From Poseidonia sp. (lineage in GTDB: Archaea; Thermoplasmatota; Poseidoniia; Poseidoniales; Poseidoniaceae): DNA of 57,930 nucleotides. The stretch lies in NCBI RefSeq assembly GCF_029250625.1, contig NZ_JAQXEX010000032.1; one strand, written 5' to 3'. The position numbers were made by a program, and so were the translations under genes. Every line of letters begins with the position of its first letter. The first letter of the stretch is position 1. A model generated the notes under the pieces. That model ran no database searches. It saw only the letters and a list, made by a program, of their open reading frames with translations, and was not told the origin of the DNA. Below are positions 51,988 to 57,930 of the stretch, one piece after another.

Positions 51988-54900
51988 GTCCGTAGTAGAC
52001 CACCCATATCACGGCACGAATATTTCGTTGACCGTTTCCAACACCGTCGGAAGGGACATATTCTTGGCCGTTGTAATAGCCTCTGTAAACCAAGTGATTG
52101 TTGTTGCCACTGCTGTTGTCCACCCAATCGGTAATGTCGTACGTCCATTGTTTGACATCTTGACCAGCACACCATCCAGCCCTTCCAAAGGGCCATGAAC
52201 CAAACTGATTAGCGACTACACCGTTACGAACCTCATTTTCACATCCTTCGTTATTGTAAACGATTGGATGCCATTCATGAATTTGGTTGGAGCCCATGGT
52301 GTAGTAGTGTTGATGGTCGCAGAATTCTGCGCAATTGGCATTATCCTTCCCAAATCCATGCCCGGTAATGGTTGCTACAATCTCGACTTTTGTCGCCCAT
52401 GAAGGGGTGGTGAAGTTGAGTTGTCGGTTGTATCTTGACTCGTTGTTGTAGGTGCCGTCAAATTGCCCTCCGCTGAAGGCATAGGTTGCATTCATTGCAC
52501 GCTCGCCACTGTCCCAATTGCTGAACAAGAAGGTAACAGTCAAGTCTCCTTTATTCGCTCCTCCGTACTTGAAGCGTCGCTCTTCTCCATCGTTAATCAT
52601 GAACAAATATGGAGAGATGTCTGTGAGCCATTGCCCTTCTCGGCCATAAGTTGTGATCCACCGCATGATTTCTGTATTGCACGTTGAAGAGTTGCTCGCA
52701 TCGCAAATGTAGAGGTTCGCTAGATAATCCCATTCGTGACATCCTCCATAACTCTGGTCCGAGTTTTGATAACGATTCTTCCGCTCATAACAAGCATGCT
52801 CGTGATATACCTCTAAGGTATCATACGATGAAATTTCATTCGGTAAGTCAAAGGTCGATGTCGCAAACGAAGAGAATCCTCCACCCCATCCACCCGTGTG
52901 ACGTTGGAAGTCAAGAATATTTATTGCGTGAACACCTGGGTCTTGTTGACGGATTTTCACTGGAAATTCTGCGACCCATTGATTGGGTTCATGGGACAGA
53001 TGAAACGGGTCATTTGATTGAGAAGTCCATGCATACAGGGACCCCGTTTCACGAGAGAGTTGAAACCTGTCAATGCCCATAAAAAACGGGTTATTGAAGG
53101 ATGAAATCATTTGTCCCAAGCCACCACCGAGATTGCTTGCATCAACGTCGATGTAGTGTATTCTCTCGTTCCACTGTTCCTCTTCGGAAGCGGTTAGACC
53201 TGCAAGTACACTGCTCCGCTGCTGGATGACATCATTATGGTAAGAGTTGTCAAATGAACCGTAGAAAAGATGCATGTTTTCCGGCAGATTGCGGATGAAC
53301 TTACCCGGATTTTGACCCCATGTCGCTGAATTGGAAGAACCGCTTGAATCGGTATACTTGAACATAAACATATACACATCCATCCCCGTCCATTCGTTTT
53401 GGAAGCTGTAGGTTCCGCTTAGTGTGGGGAAGGAAAAGTTAGGAACGGTTTGCATCGGTCCGTTCAGGGCCGATGCACTGGTCCAATTTACAGGAGTCTG
53501 GACAACGGCACATCCAACTGTATCTACCGTCCAGCGTTCAGGAGATTGCGAGCAGATGTCCACGTTTGCAAACACTCCGTCTCCATCGAGGTCAGCGCAT
53601 CCCACCGTGTTAACATTCAACCCGGAGGGTGTCCCTTCGCACTGGTCGGAGTCATCGTTTACACCGTCTTGATCTGTATCTCGCTGATTCGCAGCACATC
53701 CTATTTCGTTGACCGTGGTCGAATTGAGAGGCGTTTGCGGGCACAGGTCCAGTGTTGCACCGGTTGAATTGACATCGTTCACGCCGTCGTTATCATCATC
53801 GTCGTCTTCTGTAGAATCATTACAACCGTCCTGGTCCCAATCTAAAGTTGAATTCGCCTGCCAGAGAATGGTACCCTTAGGGCATTGGTCGTTAACATCA
53901 ACATAGTCATCGTTGTCATCGTTATCATCTTCGTCGAGGTCAGCGCATCCATCCCCGTCCCAATCACTGTAGTCATTTGAGGTCCAGCCAAGCAATCCAA
54001 CAGGACATCGGTCATCGCCATCCATAACCCCGTCTCCATCATCATCGGTATCTTCGTCAGCATCATGGCATCCATCAGAATCATAATCTGCAGTTGGAGT
54101 ACTCAACCAACCATACGATCCTGGGCATTGGTCATGGGCGTCAAGGATTCCATCATTGTCGTCATCATCGTCTTCAATGCTGTCTCTGCATCCATCACGG
54201 TCACCATCAGTCGCCTCGTTTGAGACCCAACCCTCCTCTTTTCCTATTCCTTGGGGGCAGTTGTCATCAGCCGTTGGTATTCCATCACCATCCTCATCAT
54301 CTCCGGCTCCTTCAATGACAATCTGAGTCACAAATGTGTCACTTAATTGGGTGAATTGACCGCAGATTGCATGGGTTGTAATCGTGAGAGTTTCAGTTGA
54401 ATCAGAAAAATCCATGAGCTTCTTCCAGGTGAAATCTGGTGTCAATCCCAACGACCCTGTGCTACCATCACTGATGGTGTAGGTTAGTGAACAAGTCGCA
54501 GGGCTGTCATGTTCAACCGAACCCTCAAACATTACAGCCTCGGGTTGTTCCAAAACAATACGGGAAGGGGCAGTAATTATCGGAGCTTCTTCAACTGGCT
54601 CAATGACTTCAAGAAGATGAACAAGAGGCTCAGTTTCAGGTACCATTGAGCTTTCTCCAATGTTGGTAAACGTTAACCGAACAATATAGTCACCAACTGA
54701 TTCAGCAGGGAACGATAACTTGTATCCATCTGATTGCTGGGCCCATACGAGTCCTTCTATCGATGAAAATGTCGGAGAAAGGACCGACGGTGTGATCTCA
54801 AATTCTCCAGAGCCGATTCGTTCTACATTGACAAGAAATATTGCATCTTCACCCATGGTGATGGTGGTGGGTGCCAGTGCCCATGATGCCTTAATTTCGT

Positions 54901-55012
54901 AGGTATTGACAACGTCTTCCTCGATGATCGGTTCGGGTTCTGCCCCACTTAGACAACCCGATATCAACATCAGTGATACAAAAAATATAGCGGATAGACG
55001 GTGCTTGTCCAT
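51974..55012 (-). CDS. Surface lipoprotein: Ig-like modules, OmpA-type TSP3 repeat array, Cys-less thioredoxin-like module, and a C-terminal PNGase F-like domain
   Basis: MDKHRLSAIFFVSLMLISGC is a lipobox-type signal (L-I-S-G-C). The TSP3 array is DGDGIPTADDNCPQG, DNDGILDAHDQCPG, DGDGVMDGDDRCPVG, DQDGVNDDSDQCEGTP... The C-terminal ~320 aa match PNGase F motifs (CHEWDYLANLY, NCAEFC, GRAGWCAG). The track start at 55078 would overlap the upstream gene by 41 nt, so I prefer the ATG at 55012 on signal-peptide logic. Neither start has an SD. Confidence 0.8.
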   Translation of the reverse strand: MDKHRLSAIFFVSLMLISGCLSGAEPEPIIEEDVVNTYEIKASWALAPTTITMGEDAIFLVNVERIGSGEFEITPSVLSPTFSSIEGLVWAQQSDGYKLSFPAESVGDYIVRLTFTNIGESSMVPETEPLVHLLEVIEPVEEAPIITAPSRIVLEQPEAVMFEGSVEHDSPATCSLTYTISDGSTGSLGLTPDFTWKKLMDFSDSTETLTITTHAICGQFTQLSDTFVTQIVIEGAGDDEDGDGIPTADDNCPQGIGKEEGWVSNEATDGDRDGCRDSIEDDDDDNDGILDAHDQCPGSYGWLSTPTADYDSDGCHDADEDTDDDGDGVMDGDDRCPVGLLGWTSNDYSDWDGDGCADLDEDDNDDNDDYVDVNDQCPKGTILWQANSTLDWDQDGCNDSTEDDDDDNDGVNDVNSTGATLDLCPQTPLNSTTVNEIGCAANQRDTDQDGVNDDSDQCEGTPSGLNVNTVGCADLDGDGVFANVDICSQSPERWTVDTVGCAVVQTPVNWTSASALNGPMQTVPNFSFPTLSGTYSFQNEWTGMDVYMFMFKYTDSSGSSNSATWGQNPGKFIRNLPENMHLFYGSFDNSYHNDVIQQRSSVLAGLTASEEEQWNERIHYIDVDASNLGGGLGQMISSFNNPFFMGIDRFQLSRETGSLYAWTSQSNDPFHLSHEPNQWVAEFPVKIRQQDPGVHAINILDFQRHTGGWGGGFSSFATSTFDLPNEISSYDTLEVYHEHACYERKNRYQNSDQSYGGCHEWDYLANLYICDASNSSTCNTEIMRWITTYGREGQWLTDISPYLFMINDGEERRFKYGGANKGDLTVTFLFSNWDSGERAMNATYAFSGGQFDGTYNNESRYNRQLNFTTPSWATKVEIVATITGHGFGKDNANCAEFCDHQHYYTMGSNQIHEWHPIVYNNEGCENEVRNGVVANQFGSWPFGRAGWCAGQDVKQWTYDITDWVDNSSGNNNHLVYRGYYNGQEYVPSDGVGNGQRNIRAVIWVVYYGPTTS
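53504..54313 (-). repeat. Coding tandem repeat: about 9 OmpA-type thrombospondin type-3 units (D-x-D-x-DG-x-x-D-x-x-D-x-CP)
   Basis: Asp-codon-rich low-complexity DNA (GAT/GAC; ATC/GTC on the + strand) encoding aa ~256-525 of the lipoprotein. The last units have the bacterial OmpA-linker form CPxTPxGxxVxxxGC. Confidence 0.75.
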
Positions 55013-55037
55013 GACACTTGGAGTGCCTTTCCGTCCA

Positions 55038-56195
55038 TCAATGTGTTGATGGAATGACGTCTGACTCGGAACGGCCATCGTGCAACGGTAGGGTTCTCAA
55101 ATCCAATTCAGTGGGTGAATGATGAGCAACTTTCAACGGTTGCACCCACAATAAAGCTCCACCTTTCTCGCGTTCTATTCGAACGATACATTCCCAGTGA
55201 ATTCGAAGCAATGGACTGCTGACCGTCCCCGGCCAAAACGGTTCAGGAGGGGACAATTCAATGGTTTCCCCTTCGTTCCAACGTTGAACACTTCCTTGAG
55301 CCATGATTCGCATGGGCCGTAGATAGAGTCCACCCTTTACTTGTTGCAACTCCATGGGGGCGTCTTCACCGCCAGCGGTACCGTCGTCAAGTCCTGCTTC
55401 CCAATGATGTGGGAGTTCAGTTGAGAGGCCAGGTGGTGGTTGTCGCTGGGTGCTTCGGCCGAGTGTTTTGAGTAACGATTCTCGGGCAGGGGGGAGAATT
55501 CCAACGCGCCAGGTGACATCTGCGTGTATCCATCCTGCGTCCCATTCAGGGAATTTGAGTTCAAGCGACAAATGCTCATTTGAAACACTGTCCTTCAAGA
55601 ATTGAATGTCGGGCATTTCCAAATTGCGCTGGAGAAACGTATTTTGACGACGGAGTTCTATCAAATTCGCAAGAACACGGATGAAAAGCGGCGCAAAGAG
55701 AAGGGGGATCACCAAAGTCGCAAGAATTGGGTAATCAAGTAGCCCCCAACGCACGCTGTCCAATCCATAGACAGGTATACCGAGGAGCATTAAAATTGGA
55801 GATATTGCGAGGTATGCAAGACTCAACAGGAGAACAATTACGACACCGTTGATGAATTTCCTCAAGATATTATGAATCGGGTTCGGAATCAAGTACCAAC
55901 CTCTCCGCTGTCGTTTAACGATTCTCGGGAATTTATTGGATTCCAGCCAGTGGTCATGCTGCACGGCGCTTAGAATTTCATCATCGTATCTGTATCGTCG
56001 CTCAATCATCCAGGAATCATCCTCGCCCAATTTGAACGGTGGACAGCGAGAATTGAGTTCTTCTATCGCAAGGTCCTTGTTCTCAAACGAGCCAATTTTG
56101 AACTGATGTTCGGCTATTGGAAGTGCTTCAGGGCGCCACCGATTCGGCTCAAAAGGCGGGTATCTGATGCGTTGCTCCTCAATTAAGTCCGACAC
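55038..56195 (-). CDS. Orphan membrane protein (385 aa): cytoplasmic N-domain, ~3 TM helices, beta-rich C-domain
   Basis: The GTG start has GAGGTG (56201-56206) 5 nt upstream, overlapping the stop of the geranylgeranyl reductase gene. TM segments VVIVLLLSLAYLAISPILMLLGIPVYG and ILATLVIPLLFAPLFIRVLANLI. No family recognised. Confidence 0.6.
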   Translation of the reverse strand: MSDLIEEQRIRYPPFEPNRWRPEALPIAEHQFKIGSFENKDLAIEELNSRCPPFKLGEDDSWMIERRYRYDDEILSAVQHDHWLESNKFPRIVKRQRRGWYLIPNPIHNILRKFINGVVIVLLLSLAYLAISPILMLLGIPVYGLDSVRWGLLDYPILATLVIPLLFAPLFIRVLANLIELRRQNTFLQRNLEMPDIQFLKDSVSNEHLSLELKFPEWDAGWIHADVTWRVGILPPARESLLKTLGRSTQRQPPPGLSTELPHHWEAGLDDGTAGGEDAPMELQQVKGGLYLRPMRIMAQGSVQRWNEGETIELSPPEPFWPGTVSSPLLRIHWECIVRIEREKGGALLWVQPLKVAHHSPTELDLRTLPLHDGRSESDVIPSTH

Positions 56196-56204
56196 AGCAA
56201 CACC

Positions 56205-57419
56205 TCAAGAAAGCAATAATTTAACACCAGCGCGTAGAGCCAATTTACGGAATGCAGGGACATTTTTCAGAAGCGCCATACCGAGAGGTACAGGTTTTTC
56301 GATATCACCGATGTCGTTGATAAGTTGGAGTGTGTCAGGGTGGGAGAAGTTAGCAAAATGCTTGTCTAATGCGTGATCTGTACAATCACTAACCAATAAA
56401 TTGCGAAGTGCTCGTGCACGGTCCTGCTCCTTCTTCATAGCGTCCCAAGATTTCTTGGTGATGCTTCGAAGATGCGCCTGTGAAAGGTTATCATCCTGAA
56501 TTGCTTTTGTAAGCGGTTGAAGAATGGATTGAATTTGATGGAACCCAGGACCAATTCCACCACCAGTCGTAGGCTTGGCCATTCCTGCAGCGTCACCCAG
56601 TAGGATTACTCGGTCTTTGACAGGCTTCTTCACCATTCCAGAGGGTACAGGGCCGCAATACCTTGCAACTTCCTTAACATGCTCAAAACGTTCCTTCCAC
56701 AAGGGATGGTGGAGTAAATCGTCGTAACATGATTCAATGCTACGTCCAGCAAGATGTTGAGCAGTTGACCATACACCGATCCTATGGGTTCCAAATCCTG
56801 ACGGGATCACCCATGCAAAAAAACCGGGTGCGATTTCTGAGCCGCTGTACATTTCTAGCCATCTGTCCCGGCCTTGATAACCAACAACTTCAGTTTGGAA
56901 ACCGATCATCAATTCCTTGGGGTGGCCCATCTTGAACGTCCGTCTGGTCCAGCTGTGGGCTCCGTCTGCACCGATGAGCAATTTAGTACGTATCTGGTGA
57001 ACCGTCCCATTTCTCTTTACTTCAAGTTGGCAGTGGGTTGGGAATACCTCCACATCCGTCGGAACGGTATTGACCCAAATGTGGGCACCGGCTTCAATTC
57101 CTTGTTGAACGACGGCTTGGTCAAACCGCTTTCGGCATACAACGTAGGTTCGTAACGTCCCTTCTGTACCCACGGGTACAAGGGTCCCGCTTGGCCCGTG
57201 AATCAAGGCCCCGTCGACTTCTTCGAGTACGGTTTCATGGACCCCGACAGCATTCATTGCAGAAGGTGTGACGAGACCGGCGCATTGGAACGGACGACCA
57301 ATTTCATTGTGCTCTTCGATCATGAGGACACGCAGCCCTTCAGCGGCGAGTAGGGTTGCTGCTCGGCCTCCAATCGGTCCTGCACCAACGATGACAACAT
57401 CGTACTGGTGCTCTTCCAT
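56205..57419 (-). CDS. Geranylgeranyl reductase family flavoprotein (digeranylgeranylglycerophospholipid reductase-like)
   Basis: FAD Rossmann motif YDVVIVGAGPIGGRAATLLAAEGLRVLMIEE, then RPFQCAGLV, LLIGADGAHS and ILLGDAAGMAKPTTGGGI. Confidence 0.8.
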   Translation of the reverse strand: MEEHQYDVVIVGAGPIGGRAATLLAAEGLRVLMIEEHNEIGRPFQCAGLVTPSAMNAVGVHETVLEEVDGALIHGPSGTLVPVGTEGTLRTYVVCRKRFDQAVVQQGIEAGAHIWVNTVPTDVEVFPTHCQLEVKRNGTVHQIRTKLLIGADGAHSWTRRTFKMGHPKELMIGFQTEVVGYQGRDRWLEMYSGSEIAPGFFAWVIPSGFGTHRIGVWSTAQHLAGRSIESCYDDLLHHPLWKERFEHVKEVARYCGPVPSGMVKKPVKDRVILLGDAAGMAKPTTGGGIGPGFHQIQSILQPLTKAIQDDNLSQAHLRSITKKSWDAMKKEQDRARALRNLLVSDCTDHALDKHFANFSHPDTLQLINDIGDIEKPVPLGMALLKNVPAFRKLALRAGVKLLLS

Positions 57420-57476
57420 GGTGAATTGTCAATGCGCCCCTCGCTTGAATCTTACCACACGATTGAGTGGAAAGGT

Positions 57477-57930
57477 TCACTTTTTGGCGAATTTGTATGC
57501 AACCGTTTCATTTTTCTTCAGATAGAGGATTGATGTGAATGGGTTGCCCGTTTTCTTTGAGATGAAGTCATCAAAGGGTCCAACTTCTTTCGCTTCAACA
57601 AGGGTTTTTGCCTCTTCACGAGATATATCCCGCTTTGACATTGCCCGCAAGATGTGAATTTTGCATTGGGTACTCGAATCTTCAGTGGTATAGTGTGTTT
57701 CTGTTTCCACGATGTTGGCCTTGTGTTTTGGACAAATACCCACAACGCCGGGTACGATTTCGAATTTCTTGGCATCAGCCGGCGCGCCTCGTGGAGGGAA
57801 GTCAAAGGCAACTCGATTCTTCTGAAGAACCAAGAAAGCACTGAAAGGGCGATTGCGTTTCGATGTGAAGTCATTTAGAAGTTCAGATTTACCATTCTTG
57901 AAGATCGTTAGCGCTTCTTCTTGAGATATT
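57477..57930 (-). CDS. C-terminal end of a type IA DNA topoisomerase (two 'topoisomerase C-terminal repeat' units); 5' part outside the window
   Basis: ISREEAKTLVEAKEVGPFDDFISKKTGNPFTSILYLKKNETVAYKF fits the Toprim_Crpt-type repeat. My own translation of 57834-57929 in the same frame gives a second copy, ISQEEALTIFKNGKSELLNDFTSKRNRPFSAFLVLQKNRVAFDF, with no stop before the window edge. The track's TTG 'start' at 57833 is therefore an internal Leu. Confidence 0.7.
   Translation of the reverse strand, partial: ISQEEALTIFKNGKSELLNDFTSKRNRPFSAFLVLQKNRVAFDFPPRGAPADAKKFEIVPGVVGICPKHKANIVETETHYTTEDSSTQCKIHILRAMSKRDISREEAKTLVEAKEVGPFDDFISKKTGNPFTSILYLKKNETVAYKFAKK

Noticed and set aside
53504-54313. 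Highly repetitive GAT/GAC-rich DNA that might be mistaken for a CRISPR array or satellite
   Set aside because: The repeats are imperfect, lie in-frame inside one long ORF, and encode Asp-rich TSP3 Ca-binding units. There is no repeat-spacer periodicity and no cas genes anywhere in the window.

Overview
The window is a compact chromosomal segment from an archaeon. The evidence is the 3' end of a 23S rRNA plus a 5S rRNA, aIF6, the conserved rpo7(rpoE')-spt4-rps24e-rps27ae operon, archaeal-type DtdA, RtcB, archaeal-type AlaRS, ValRS and a geranylgeranyl reductase. The mix of streamlined gene packing, very acidic giant surface proteins and peptide/amino-acid catabolic genes fits an uncultured marine planktonic Thermoplasmatota-like lineage such as Poseidoniales/MGII. 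That assignment is inference only; no search was run.

Coding density is very high. Nine convergent gene pairs abut or overlap (gap of 5 nt or less), and many same-strand genes are coupled by a GGTGA-type Shine-Dalgarno that overlaps the upstream stop codon. I used that motif to re-assign several starts relative to the ORF track, which also uses GTG/TTG starts.

RNA genes and one missed gene:
- 23S rRNA, 3' fragment
- 5S rRNA
- tRNA-Ser(GGA) and tRNA-Thr(GGT), both with genomically encoded CCA
- rps27ae (10255..10422, 55 aa), which is real but absent from the ORF track

I saw no CRISPR array, transposase, integrase, prophage or recognisable defence system.

The accessory content is four very large secreted or anchored proteins and several orphan membrane proteins. 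The best candidate for something new is at 51.9-57.4 kb. There a 1012-1034 aa lipoprotein carries OmpA-type thrombospondin type-3 repeats and a C-terminal domain that matches bacterial PNGase F by eye, catalytic residues included. Its gene lies 25 nt downstream of (or, with the ORF-track start, overlaps by 41 nt) an orphan membrane protein gene, which is SD-coupled to the geranylgeranyl reductase gene upstream of it. It also sits near a TSP3/PKD surface-protein operon and a Xaa-Pro aminopeptidase.

All functional calls come from motif recognition by eye. No HMM, BLAST or structure computation was possible.
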